DNA of 64,000 bases from Patescibacteria group bacterium (GTDB taxonomy: Bacteria; Patescibacteriota; Minisyncoccia; Phycocordibacterales; SIBU01). The stretch is from the NCBI GenBank assembly GCA_040390045.1, contig JAZJZC010000001.1:254318-318317 (forward strand), given 5' to 3'. Below the pieces are notes generated by a model. It had not been told where the DNA came from, searched no databases, and worked only from the letters and a program-made list of their open reading frames with translations. This document shows positions 9,178-18,895 of the stretch, one piece after another. Numbering within the stretch: the stretch's first letter is position 1; each line of letters opens with the position of its first letter. Position numbers and translations under genes: made by a program.

Positions 9178-10836
9178 ATGAACCAGAAACCTCTTTCACT
9201 CTCCGATCCAATCAGTTTCGTCATTCCGGGCTTCAATTGCGCCTCAACAATTCTTGAGTCTATTGAATCGATCATTGATGGTAACTGGACAGAAGGAGAT
9301 GAACTTATCATCGTGAACGATGGATCAACTGACAACACTGAAAACGTGCTTGCCGAAGCTAAGAAAAAATATCCGTTTATTAAAGTTTTCAATGAAAAAG
9401 AAAACCGTGGCTGCCCTGCGGCCCGAAACATCGGCTACACGCATGCCAGTCACGAAATTATCTTCAACCTTTATTCTGACGATGTGTTAGTCCCTGGAAG
9501 TGTGGCAAAACTAAAAGAGTACATGATCTCCGAAAATGCCGACATTGCCGGTTTTGAAGAATATCGCTATTTTAAAGAAGAAAAAAATGGCAAGAAAAAA
9601 ATTACTCATCGTTGGATGTGTAGACCGGGAGTTTTATCGCTACCAGATTTTCTCGCAGGCGATATAAACCCAGGGCCAGGGGGAAACTTCATGTTCATTA
9701 AACAAATCTGGAAAGATGTTGGCGGTGTTTGGGAATATGGAAAAGGTATGCACGAAGCCTGGGGTTTTACACTTAAATGTCTTATGGCAGGAGCCAAGTT
9801 TGTCGTCATGCCAAAAAGTTTTTACTTTCACCGATACGGCAGTAATTCCCTCTTTGTTCGCGAAGCCGAAAAAGAAAATGAGGTGTCACTCATGGCAACC
9901 AAAATGATTACGCCGTACCTCGATCGACTAGAACCAAGCGACAAGGCTTACATCCAAAGTGAGGAAGGCAGCAAAAATTGGTACAGCTCACTTGACCGCG
10001 CTCCCATTCGACTTAAAGGCGAACCGTTCGGTAAAACGGGTGTTATTGTTGTGGCAACTGACGCTCGATTAAAAACTCTGGTCTTGAGAAAAATTAAAAT
10101 TGCCTACCCTATCTATCGACGCGCTAAGGCCTTACTCTCACGAACCAAATCCTACGTTCGGTTTATCAAACAATTCAAATCGTTTCAAAAATCAAATTCT
10201 CGATTTGTAATGAGCTGGAAAGAACACCGAGCTTTTTTACGAGACGCCGATAAAAATTTTAGTTTTGATCGCCACTATGTCTACCATCCGGCATGGGCAG
10301 CGCGTGTCTTAAAAGAAACCAGCCCCCAAGAACATGTTGATATTTCATCGACCGTTCACTTTTGTTCAATCGTCTCAGCTTTTATTCCGGTGAAATTTTA
10401 CGACTATCGAAAAACTGATATCCGGCTCTCAGGCCTCTCTTGTGGCGAAGCTGACTTATTGAAATTACCCTTCGAATCAAACAGCCTTCAATCACTTTCC
10501 TGCATGCACACCATAGAGCACATTGGCCTTGGCCGCTATGGCGATCCAATAGACCCTGATGGAGATCTTAAAGCCGTTGCCGAACTAACTCGAGTATTGG
10601 CAAAAGGTGGCACACTTTTATTCGTAGTACCAATTGGAAAACCGAAAATTATTTTCAATGCCCACAGAATTTATTCGTATGATCAAATTCTTACCGCTTT
10701 CAAAACTTTGACCTTGAAAGAATTCTCTCTAATTCCAGAAAAACAATCAGCCGGTGGAATTATAAAAAATGCCACGAAAGAAAGAGCCGATCAGGAAGAC
10801 TACGGCTGCGGTTGTTTTTGGTTTACAAAATCGTAA
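9178..10836 (+). CDS. GT2 glycosyltransferase fused to a DUF268-like putative methyltransferase domain
   Basis: N-terminal IIVNDGSTDNT...DDV is GT2-like; the C-terminal HTIEHIGLGRYGDPIDPDGD region resembles DUF268/class I methyltransferase-like domains. Confidence 0.55.
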   Translation: MNQKPLSLSDPISFVIPGFNCASTILESIESIIDGNWTEGDELIIVNDGSTDNTENVLAEAKKKYPFIKVFNEKENRGCPAARNIGYTHASHEIIFNLYSDDVLVPGSVAKLKEYMISENADIAGFEEYRYFKEEKNGKKKITHRWMCRPGVLSLPDFLAGDINPGPGGNFMFIKQIWKDVGGVWEYGKGMHEAWGFTLKCLMAGAKFVVMPKSFYFHRYGSNSLFVREAEKENEVSLMATKMITPYLDRLEPSDKAYIQSEEGSKNWYSSLDRAPIRLKGEPFGKTGVIVVATDARLKTLVLRKIKIAYPIYRRAKALLSRTKSYVRFIKQFKSFQKSNSRFVMSWKEHRAFLRDADKNFSFDRHYVYHPAWAARVLKETSPQEHVDISSTVHFCSIVSAFIPVKFYDYRKTDIRLSGLSCGEADLLKLPFESNSLQSLSCMHTIEHIGLGRYGDPIDPDGDLKAVAELTRVLAKGGTLLFVVPIGKPKIIFNAHRIYSYDQILTAFKTLTLKEFSLIPEKQSAGGIIKNATKERADQEDYGCGCFWFTKS

Positions 10837-10839
10837 AAA

Positions 10840-11832
10840 CTATTTTCTTCGAGAGCTTTTCTTTTTTTGAGCGTTCTTTTTAAAAACTAAAATGTTGTAG
10901 TATTTTTCGGCTGAAAATGAAAATTTCGGACCGATATTCTCGTCGAGTTCTTCGAGAATGGATTCGATACTCCCTTTCGGCTTAAACCCTAAAATTTTCT
11001 TGGCTTTGTCGATCAACACTTTGTAGTTACGTTTATCCGGAACATTTTTCACTTCAACTTCCAATTTCTTGCCGTGTTTCTCCGCAAAATGTTTGCGAAT
11101 TTTTTCGCCGACTTCTCCGACAGTGAAGTTACCTGAAGAAATATTGAAAATGCCACTGACCGAAAGTGGTGCAGAAACCGCGAGCACATAGGCGTCTACC
11201 GCGTCCGCAATCGTAAGAATCGGCCTCCAAATACCTGGGTTATTCACCGTAATCTTTCCGATCGTCTGTGCCTTCATGTACATCGTGTTGACGATAAGAT
11301 CAAAACGCATGCGTGGACTCCATCCGGAAATGGTACCTTTGCGCAAACTGATTACTGAAAAATTTTCATCTTGAAAATACATCACACCAAATTCCCCTTT
11401 TCGTTTTGAAATACCGTAGGGATACAAACTGGTTGCTACGTCCTCCTCATGTAGTGGTTTGTTGTCAGTGAAACCGTACACCGAACCGGAACTGGCGTAG
11501 ATAAAACGCCCGACGCCCGCGAGTTTCGCAACGTAGGCAAGATAGGCTGGAGCCGCGCCGTTGTAAATAAAATTTTGGGACGGCGAAAATTCCGCCATCG
11601 GATCATTCGATAATCCCGCCAAAAAAATCACTTGGTCAAATCCTTTCAAACTCTCAACATCAATATCGAAAACATCTTTCTTAATGACCGGTACGGATTT
11701 TGGCAAATTATTACCAAACCACAATAAATCGAGCACTGTAACTTTATGGCCTTCTTGCAAGAGTTTAGGCACAAGTCGTGAACCGACATAGCCTGCGCCA
11801 CCGGCTACTAAAATTTTTTGTTTAGCGGACAT
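10840..11832 (-). CDS. NAD-dependent epimerase/dehydratase (extended SDR) family protein
   Basis: KILVAGGAGYVGS Rossmann motif, YPYGISK catalytic YxxxK. Confidence 0.65.
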   Translation of the reverse strand: MSAKQKILVAGGAGYVGSRLVPKLLQEGHKVTVLDLLWFGNNLPKSVPVIKKDVFDIDVESLKGFDQVIFLAGLSNDPMAEFSPSQNFIYNGAAPAYLAYVAKLAGVGRFIYASSGSVYGFTDNKPLHEEDVATSLYPYGISKRKGEFGVMYFQDENFSVISLRKGTISGWSPRMRFDLIVNTMYMKAQTIGKITVNNPGIWRPILTIADAVDAYVLAVSAPLSVSGIFNISSGNFTVGEVGEKIRKHFAEKHGKKLEVEVKNVPDKRNYKVLIDKAKKILGFKPKGSIESILEELDENIGPKFSFSAEKYYNILVFKKNAQKKKSSRRK

Positions 11833-13081
11833 TTAAAGTTTTGAAAAATTCTTCAAATGAATTGATCAAGTGCTTCATATGTGGATCGAGCAGACCATGA
11901 TTGCATCCGATAAGAAATCCGTTGCGCATAATGTTGTCAGCCACAGGGTACCCACCGGTGAGTTTCTTGGCCTCGATATTTCTAAATCCAGGCTGGCGTA
12001 AAATGTTTCCGGTAAAAATTGGTCGTGTTTGAATATTTTTCTCTTCCAGAAACTTAGTAATCTCCATTCGAGTAAACGGCGCTCCATCACGAATGGTCAG
12101 TGGAAAGGCGTGCCAAAAAGTTTCCGCTTTAGGGTGAGCTTTCGGCATTACAAAAAAGTCTTCATACTTTTTGAAAAAATCCAAAAGCATCTTGGCATTT
12201 TTTCTGCGGCGAGCAACAAATTGAGGAAAACGTTTCAATTGCTCAAGACCAAAAGCGGCGTTAATTTCTGTCGATTGAAAGTTATAACCAAGTTCGCTAA
12301 AAACAAATTTAGCATCGTACGGCATGCCATCGAGATCTCCGGTAAAACGTTTCTTGAGTTCTTCAGACTTTTCGTAAAAACCAAAGAGCGTTGATTCTCG
12401 TCCCCAGTTGGCTTTGATCAGGGCCTTCTTAGCTAGGGCACCATCGTGAAATGACACCAAGCCTCCTGCGCCAGCAGTTGTAATAACATGCGCCGCATAG
12501 AAACTCGTGGTAGAAATGTCAGAGTAGGTTCCGGTTGGACGCCCAGCAAACTTTGCACCAAGCACGTCACATGAATCTTCAATAAACCAAAGTTTGTGCT
12601 TCCGTGCAAAAGCCTGGAGCTTCCCGAGATCCGCCATATTTCCCATAAGCGAGGGAATCATAATTGCCTTAGTTTTTTTAGTGACCAAACTCTCCATTTG
12701 ATCGAGATTTATCTGATAGGTTCCTTCTACGACGTCGGCGAAGGCTGGTACCAAACCAAGTTGAACCAAGGGAGCGACGGTGGTTGCAAAGGTTAAAACC
12801 GGAGTAATAACTTCACTGCCACGTGGCAAATTAAGCGTATCAATTGCTAAAAAATTGGCTGAAGATCCGGAGTTGAGCAGGATGCCAAATTTCTTCCCAA
12901 ACATTTTGGAAATTTTCTGCTCGAAATCGCGGACTCGTGGACCGCTGGCAATTTTGGTTGGATCCTTCAAAACATCATTTACAGCCTTGATTTCTTCCTT
13001 TCCGTAGACAGTTAAAAGGTATGGAACTCGAATGTCTTTATGTTTCATATAATTTTGCGTAATCATAGCAAAAGGGTGCAT
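11822..13081 (-). CDS. PLP/PMP-dependent 4-keto-6-deoxy-sugar 3-dehydratase, ColD/RfbH(E1) family
   Basis: DegT-fold protein whose usual PLP lysine is replaced by His (SFYAAHVITTAGAGG, compare ColD SFYSHHIATMEGG); the C-terminal GLEQLKRFPQFVARRRKNAKML and TRPIFTGNILRQPG strongly resemble ColD; ATG at 13081 chosen (ORF track begins at a TTG). Confidence 0.7.
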   Translation of the reverse strand: MHPFAMITQNYMKHKDIRVPYLLTVYGKEEIKAVNDVLKDPTKIASGPRVRDFEQKISKMFGKKFGILLNSGSSANFLAIDTLNLPRGSEVITPVLTFATTVAPLVQLGLVPAFADVVEGTYQINLDQMESLVTKKTKAIMIPSLMGNMADLGKLQAFARKHKLWFIEDSCDVLGAKFAGRPTGTYSDISTTSFYAAHVITTAGAGGLVSFHDGALAKKALIKANWGRESTLFGFYEKSEELKKRFTGDLDGMPYDAKFVFSELGYNFQSTEINAAFGLEQLKRFPQFVARRRKNAKMLLDFFKKYEDFFVMPKAHPKAETFWHAFPLTIRDGAPFTRMEITKFLEEKNIQTRPIFTGNILRQPGFRNIEAKKLTGGYPVADNIMRNGFLIGCNHGLLDPHMKHLINSFEEFFKTLNVR

Positions 13082-13137
13082 CCTTTTCAATGAAATGCTT
13101 TTCCGAGGATTTTCTGAAAAAAATTATAAAATTTGCA

Positions 13138-14151
13138 CTAATATTTTCCTAAAACTTTTGAATCAATGTCAGCAATTTCAGATCGCCCCGTAAACAACAT
13201 CGCTCGTTTCAGTTCTGAAGAAAATTTGTTGAAAGTCGTTTCCACACCCTTTTTTCCACCACCAATAACGCTGTAAAGCATTGAACGTCCAACAAGAACC
13301 GCATCGGCTCCAAGAGCCAAGTACACGAACACGTCGTAACCGTTTTTCACTCCCCCGTCCACCAGAATTTTTATTTTTCCTTTCAATTTCTTAGCAATGA
13401 GCGGCAAAATATCCGCCGTCCCTAAAGAATAATCGATTGACCTACCACCATGATTGGAAATCACAATCGCATCGAAACCACTTTTGTATGCAATCACAGC
13501 ATCTTCAACACTCATAATACCTTTTAAAAACATCGGGCCAGAAAAGAGTTGCCGTATTTTTTTTAATTCTTTCGCATCTTTTCGAGTAACCTGCCCAGTT
13601 TCTAAAAGTTTCCCCGCCGCGCCATCAAGATCAATCCCTATCGCGGTCACCCCTGCCTTTTTTAATTTTTCAATTCTTTCTTTGAGTTTCTCAAAATTTC
13701 TTGGCTTGCACACAGCGATTCCACCAACACTTTTTATTAAATCCGGCACAAGATACTCCGAACTGGTATCAAAACCATCGCCGCACATACCGAGTGTGCC
13801 AGCATCTTTAGAGCCTTCGAGAATCGCTTGATGAAAATCTTTTTCTTTTATAAAGTCTTTTAAGCTAGTTTTAATTCCGCCCATCGAAGCTGGCAAAATA
13901 GGAAATGCTAATTTGACGCCGAAAAGTTCCACAGAGGAGTCCGGTGTAAAATGCTTGCCAAGCAAACAAATTTTAATAAAATATTTTGCGAGAGCTTCTC
14001 GATTTCGCAAAAATGTCACGCCGCCACCAACCGCACCGAGCCCCGGCACACCCGCTTCAAGAATTTTTCCACCATATTCTCCGGAAGACTCGACAATTCC
14101 TTGTTTTGCCAAAATATCTTTACCTTTTTTTATAATTTCTTCGGAGGTCAT
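13138..14151 (-). CDS. FMN-dependent alpha-hydroxy-acid dehydrogenase-family oxidoreductase
   Basis: IVISNHGGRSID and VDGGVKNGYDVFVYLALGADAVLVGR motifs of FMN-dependent TIM-barrel oxidoreductases; start at ATG 14151. Confidence 0.55.
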   Translation of the reverse strand: MTSEEIIKKGKDILAKQGIVESSGEYGGKILEAGVPGLGAVGGGVTFLRNREALAKYFIKICLLGKHFTPDSSVELFGVKLAFPILPASMGGIKTSLKDFIKEKDFHQAILEGSKDAGTLGMCGDGFDTSSEYLVPDLIKSVGGIAVCKPRNFEKLKERIEKLKKAGVTAIGIDLDGAAGKLLETGQVTRKDAKELKKIRQLFSGPMFLKGIMSVEDAVIAYKSGFDAIVISNHGGRSIDYSLGTADILPLIAKKLKGKIKILVDGGVKNGYDVFVYLALGADAVLVGRSMLYSVIGGGKKGVETTFNKFSSELKRAMLFTGRSEIADIDSKVLGKY

Positions 14152-14152
14152 A

Positions 14153-15112
14153 TTAAAAACCGAACTTTTTAAAATGTTCGATCGTGCGGTCAAGGCCTGC
14201 ATGAAGAGAAACTTTTGGTCGCCAGGAAAAATGGGAAAAGGTTTCCGTCATGTCTGCCTGCCAAACATCACTGTCATAAGAAACAGAACGAAATGTTCCC
14301 CACTTCACTTCACTTTTAGATTGGGTTTTTTGAAGAATGTGAGAGACGACATCTCCGATTGAGGTTCGAACGCCAGAGCCAATATTAAAAATTTCTCCTT
14401 TATATTTTTCCGCTTTATCAGCCGCCTCGAGCAAGAGCTCAACAACATCCGAAACAAAAACAAAGTCGCGCGACACCGTCGGCCGAGTCAGAGCAATTTC
14501 TTTACCGGCTAATGCCTGAGCAATAATTTTTGAGGTCAGTCTTTCTTTTTCATTGGCTGGACCGTACGGAGTAAAAAGTCTCAAGGTTACAATAGGCTTG
14601 TTCTGCGCTCGAGCCAAAGCTTGTCCGTACAGCGTAGCGGCAAGTTTGGTGACACCATACAACTCTCCAGGCTGACAAATTTCCGATTCAGCGATCGGAT
14701 GATCTTTAAAACCATACTCGAGAAAACTGCCCATGCTCACAAAAAAATCGTACGGTAGAGATGCAGTCGCTTCAAATAAGTTTATAGTCCCTAAAACATT
14801 TGTCGCAATAATCGTTCCATTATCCGCCCCCACACCACTGACCACACTTGCCACACCAAGATGAAAAATTCCTTTTGGCTTAATTTTTTTTACAATTTTC
14901 TCAATCGAAGCTTTGTCAGAAAGATCACCGTGATGAACAGAAATTTTAGAGATGATGCCTTCAAGTCGCCAAAAATTTGAAGCGGGACGAGCTAAAACAT
15001 GCACCTCGAAACCGCGCTCGACAAGTGCGTGCACCAAGTGAGACCCAACGAAACCCGTCCCGCCGGTCACGAGAATTGGACCGCTTAATTTAAATTTTGA
15101 AATCTCTGACAT
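14153..15112 (-). CDS. NAD-dependent epimerase/dehydratase (SDR) family protein
   Basis: ILVTGGTGFVGSHLV, YGVTK catalytic motif; ATG at 15112 (ORF track begins at an upstream TTG). Confidence 0.65.
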   Translation of the reverse strand: MSEISKFKLSGPILVTGGTGFVGSHLVHALVERGFEVHVLARPASNFWRLEGIISKISVHHGDLSDKASIEKIVKKIKPKGIFHLGVASVVSGVGADNGTIIATNVLGTINLFEATASLPYDFFVSMGSFLEYGFKDHPIAESEICQPGELYGVTKLAATLYGQALARAQNKPIVTLRLFTPYGPANEKERLTSKIIAQALAGKEIALTRPTVSRDFVFVSDVVELLLEAADKAEKYKGEIFNIGSGVRTSIGDVVSHILQKTQSKSEVKWGTFRSVSYDSDVWQADMTETFSHFSWRPKVSLHAGLDRTIEHFKKFGF

Positions 15113-15156
15113 AGAAGTCTCAATAGAGTAACACAAGTCTCAAAATTTAGAATAGA

Positions 15157-15195
15157 AAACTGCCCCGATTCGCCTTGCGAATCGGGGCAGTTTTC
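15157..15195. repeat. perfect palindromic hairpin AAAACTGCCCCGATTCGC-CTTG-GCGAATCGGGGCAGTTTT in a divergent intergenic region
   Basis: 18-bp perfect inverted repeat with a 4-nt loop and A/T runs on both sides; the core CCCGATTCGC...GCGAATCGGG is shared with the hairpin at 28796-28838. Confidence 0.7.
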
Positions 15196-15259
15196 TTGAC
15201 AATCTTATTAATTCGTGCTAATAATATTCCAGATTCCGCAAACAAAAGAAGTTCAAAAA

Positions 15260-15784
15260 ATGAAAAAAACCGGTTTAACGACCGCAGAGGCCGAAACCCT
15301 CGCCGAACTCCTCACCAAAGCCAAATTCCCCCTCCCCAAGGAAGTCTTCGACGCCTGGACAGAGACCCTTCCCACCGGGGCTTTCGAGCTCTGCATCACT
15401 CGAAAAACTTCTGATGGCCTTGAAGTTTTCATGCTCCAGCGGCCCGGAGATGACAAGCACTGGCCGTTTGAATGGCACATACCCGGAACAGTCCTACGAG
15501 ACAAAGACACCTACCCGAAACTCTTTGGCCGCCTGATGAAAAGTGAAATTGGTGGCGGAAATTTCGGGAAACTCCGCCCTGTCGGAACTCGCATTTTTCC
15601 GAAGGGCGAAGGTCTGTACCGGTGTCGCCGTGGCCACGAAACCGCCCTACTTTACACAGTGGAGTTTCTCAAGGGAACCACTCCGGACAACGGCTGCTGG
15701 TTTCCAATCGACCAGCTCCCTAAAAACACTGTCTCCTTCCACCACACCCTCGTGGCGATGGTTCGGAAACATCTTGGGGTCTGA
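15260..15784 (+). CDS. hypothetical protein (GC-rich island)
   Basis: ORF with markedly higher GC than its surroundings; an intrinsic terminator follows it; no confident family assignment. Confidence 0.4.
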   Translation: MKKTGLTTAEAETLAELLTKAKFPLPKEVFDAWTETLPTGAFELCITRKTSDGLEVFMLQRPGDDKHWPFEWHIPGTVLRDKDTYPKLFGRLMKSEIGGGNFGKLRPVGTRIFPKGEGLYRCRRGHETALLYTVEFLKGTTPDNGCWFPIDQLPKNTVSFHHTLVAMVRKHLGV

Positions 15785-15802
15785 GCCAACCTCACATCAC
15801 AC

Positions 15803-15837
15803 GAAGACTTGCACCTTTTGGAGCAAGTCTTTTTTAT
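15803..15837 (+). terminator. Rho-independent terminator
   Basis: GAAGACTTGC-ACCTTTTGGA-GCAAGTCTT stem-loop followed by TTTTTATTT. Confidence 0.6.
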
Positions 15838-15856
15838 TTGAGTTATACTTATTGTC

Positions 15857-16714
15857 ATGATTATCATCAAAATCGAAGGGGGGCTGGGCAATCAGATGTT
15901 CCAATACGCGCTCGGGCGCAATCTGTCTCTGACTCACGGAAAAAACTTTAAAATCGACACCTCCTATCTACGAAAAAATAATCAAAGTGGCAGAACCTTT
16001 AGACTCAGCGGATTTAAAATTGTTACGACCGAAGCCACCAAAACCGAAATCAATCGCTACCGTTCGACATTAGAGAAATTTTTCGACCGTATTCGCCCGC
16101 GACCAAACAAGAAAAAAGTGCTTGAACTCAGCAACACCTTCGATCCTGAGGTTTTGAAACGCACCGATGGCTATCTTGTCGGCCACTGGAACGACGCGCG
16201 GTATTTCGAAAGTTCTGAAAATACCATTCTCGAAGATTTCAAACTACAGAAACCATTCGGAGCGGCGGCGGAAAAAATGGCCAGTTTTATTTTTGCCCAA
16301 CCAGAAGCCGTTAGTGTCCACATTCGCCGCGGAGACTATGTCTCAATTCCAAAAATCGCTGACGTCCACGGCGCTCTCCCACTTTCCTACTACGCCGAAG
16401 CCTGCGAAATCATCATGAAGAAAAAACCAAACGCTCATTTTTTCATCTCTTCAGATGATATTGCATGGGCCAAGAAAAATTTTCCTCCACACTACCCCGC
16501 CACATTCATTTCCGATCCAGAAATTCCTGATTACGAAGAAATGACACTCATGAGTTTGTGCAAACATCACATCATTGCCAATTCTACTTTCAGTTGGTGG
16601 GCAGCCCGACTCAATCAGAAAAAAGAAAAAATAATTATTGCTCCAAAAAATTGGTTTCGAGATACCTCGAAAGACGCGAGCAATCTAATTGCCAAAAACT
16701 GGATTCAAATTTAA
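15857..16714 (+). CDS. GT11 alpha-1,2-fucosyltransferase
   Basis: N-terminal IIIKIEGGLGNQMFQYA and HIRRGDY motifs are diagnostic of GT11 FutC/WbsJ-type fucosyltransferases. Confidence 0.8.
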   Translation: MIIIKIEGGLGNQMFQYALGRNLSLTHGKNFKIDTSYLRKNNQSGRTFRLSGFKIVTTEATKTEINRYRSTLEKFFDRIRPRPNKKKVLELSNTFDPEVLKRTDGYLVGHWNDARYFESSENTILEDFKLQKPFGAAAEKMASFIFAQPEAVSVHIRRGDYVSIPKIADVHGALPLSYYAEACEIIMKKKPNAHFFISSDDIAWAKKNFPPHYPATFISDPEIPDYEEMTLMSLCKHHIIANSTFSWWAARLNQKKEKIIIAPKNWFRDTSKDASNLIAKNWIQI

Positions 16715-16756
16715 ATTGATATTTAGGCGCTTGTATACTAAAATCCAGTCTATTAT

Positions 16757-17749
16757 ATGAAAATTTTAATCACAGGAATTGCCGGCCTTTTGGGTTCTCG
16801 ACTGGCTGATTGGATTTTGGAAAACACCGAGCATACCGTTGTCGGCATCGATAACTTAAGCAGCGGCTATCTTGAAAATGTCCACAAAAAAGCCACGTTC
16901 TACAATCTAGATTTAAACGATCCTAAGCTCGACGAGATTTTCCAGAAACATAAACCCGATTACGTTTTTCACTTCGCCGCCTACGCCGCCGAAGGTCTTT
17001 CGCCATTCATCAGAAAATATAATTACACCAACAATCTCGTGGCGACCGCCGGCGTCGTCAATAATTGCATCCGACACGATGTAAAAAGATTAGTATTCAC
17101 TTCTTCGATGGCAGTCTATGGGAAAGGCAATCCACCATTTAAAGAGACTGACGAGCCAAACCCTATCGATCCGTACGGCGTAGCAAAACACGCCTGCGAA
17201 CGCGACATTCAAATCGCCGGCATTCAACACAATCTCGACTGGTGCATCATTCGTCCACACAATGTGTATGGCATCAAACAAAACATTTGGGATAAGTATA
17301 GGAATGTTTTGGGCATTTGGATGTTCCAACATTTAAACGGAAAGCCTCTAACTATTTTCGGTGACGGTGAGCAAACACGAGCGTTTAGCTATATTGACGA
17401 TTGTTTAGAACCACTTTGGAAAGCGGCGATCGATCCCCGCGCGTCAAAACAAATTATCAATTTGGGAGGTACTAAAGAAATTAGCATCAACGAAGCGAGC
17501 AAAATTTTACTGGAAGTCATGGGTGGCGGAACCATCGAACACCTTGAGCAACGTCACGAAGTAAAAGATGCGCATCCAACCTGGCAGAAATCTGTCGAAA
17601 TTCTTGATTACAAAGATGTCACCTCTCTCAAAGAAGGACTCGCGACCATGTGGCAGTGGGCCCAGAAACAACCGATGAGGGAACAATTTGTCTGGGAAAA
17701 ATACGAAATCGAAAAAGGTATGTATTCGTTTTGGAAGAACAAAAAGTGA
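16757..17749 (+). CDS. NAD-dependent epimerase/dehydratase (GalE/UDP-sugar 4-epimerase-like extended SDR)
   Basis: ILITGIAGLLGS, DNLSSG, YGVAKHACE (YxxxK). Confidence 0.7.
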   Translation: MKILITGIAGLLGSRLADWILENTEHTVVGIDNLSSGYLENVHKKATFYNLDLNDPKLDEIFQKHKPDYVFHFAAYAAEGLSPFIRKYNYTNNLVATAGVVNNCIRHDVKRLVFTSSMAVYGKGNPPFKETDEPNPIDPYGVAKHACERDIQIAGIQHNLDWCIIRPHNVYGIKQNIWDKYRNVLGIWMFQHLNGKPLTIFGDGEQTRAFSYIDDCLEPLWKAAIDPRASKQIINLGGTKEISINEASKILLEVMGGGTIEHLEQRHEVKDAHPTWQKSVEILDYKDVTSLKEGLATMWQWAQKQPMREQFVWEKYEIEKGMYSFWKNKK

Positions 17750-17799
17750 TTCTTTCTGTCTCTTCTCTGACTTGAAAACTTTATAACTTTAAAAACTTT

Positions 17800-18828
17800 A
17801 TGAACTCGAGAGTTAGCGTCATCATGCCTGCGTACAACGCGGAAAAATATATTCGCGACGCGGTACAGAGTGTACTTGCCCAGTCTTTTAGAGACTGGCA
17901 ACTTTTTATCGTTAATGACGCCTCAACAGATGGTACAGGAAAAATCCTGGCTGAATTTTCCGGAGAGTCTCGCATTAAAATTATTAACAACACACAAAAT
18001 CTCGGCTCAGTGGTTTCGAGGAATGTTGCGTTTGCTCAAATTCAATCTCAATACGTGGCAATCCTAGATGCCGACGATCTCGCGGAGCAAACACGCTTCG
18101 AAGAACAAGTACAATTTCTCGATGCTCATCCTGATTTCGGACTGGTAGGATCGTGGACGAAAATCATTGATGAAAGTGGCCGCGCCACTGGGCAAATTGG
18201 CCGTGACACCACCCCTGCTGAAAAAGCTCCGATCAAACTCCTCTTCCACAATTTTTTAGCGTTTTCTTCGGTGATGATGCGGCGTACTGCCATGCCGGAA
18301 ATCCCCTTCACCGAAAACTCAGTGCCCGCAGAAGATGTCGATTTGTATTGGAAAATGATTCACCAATGGAAATTCGCCACCCTACCAAAAGTTTTAATCA
18401 GCTACCGCTCGCACCCAAAAGGTATTTCCAAAGTGTACGCGGCAAAAAAACAAGAGGTGATGGACAGGCTAATCAGGGCAGAACTTAATCGTTTCGGCAT
18501 CGAGCCAACAGCGGAAGAATTACAAATTCATCGAACCAATTACGGCTACGCGGGTGCCGACATCGAGCAATTCCTCAGCAAACGAGAGCAGTGGCTTTTG
18601 AAACTGATTGAAAAAAATCGCGAGGCAAAGATTCATCCTGAAAAAATCTTCTCTGAAGTGGTTGCAGAAAAATGGCTTGAGAGTTGCGACGCCAATGCTC
18701 GGTTAGGTTTTAAAACCTGGAAAATTTTTCAACTCTCGCCACTTTCTCAGAAAATTTCATGGCTAAAAAATGGCAAAATGTTATCGAAATTCTGCGTAAA
18801 ATGCCTGCTGTCAAAAGATACAATATAG
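17800..18828 (+). CDS. GT2 family glycosyltransferase
   Basis: VSVIMPAYNAEKYI...IVNDASTDGT...DADD motifs. Confidence 0.7.
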   Translation: MNSRVSVIMPAYNAEKYIRDAVQSVLAQSFRDWQLFIVNDASTDGTGKILAEFSGESRIKIINNTQNLGSVVSRNVAFAQIQSQYVAILDADDLAEQTRFEEQVQFLDAHPDFGLVGSWTKIIDESGRATGQIGRDTTPAEKAPIKLLFHNFLAFSSVMMRRTAMPEIPFTENSVPAEDVDLYWKMIHQWKFATLPKVLISYRSHPKGISKVYAAKKQEVMDRLIRAELNRFGIEPTAEELQIHRTNYGYAGADIEQFLSKREQWLLKLIEKNREAKIHPEKIFSEVVAEKWLESCDANARLGFKTWKIFQLSPLSQKISWLKNGKMLSKFCVKCLLSKDTI

Positions 18829-18895
18829 TTTGCCTTTAGAAAAATTCTACGTTAGAGTATGGTACTGATTTTAGAAAGTAAAGACACCCGCCTTT

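Noticed and set aside
13138-14202. Type 2 isopentenyl-diphosphate isomerase call for the FMN enzyme
   Set aside because: The SNHGGR signature fits alpha-hydroxy-acid dehydrogenases better than the IDI-2 GxGGT motif, so I retained the generic FMN oxidoreductase call.
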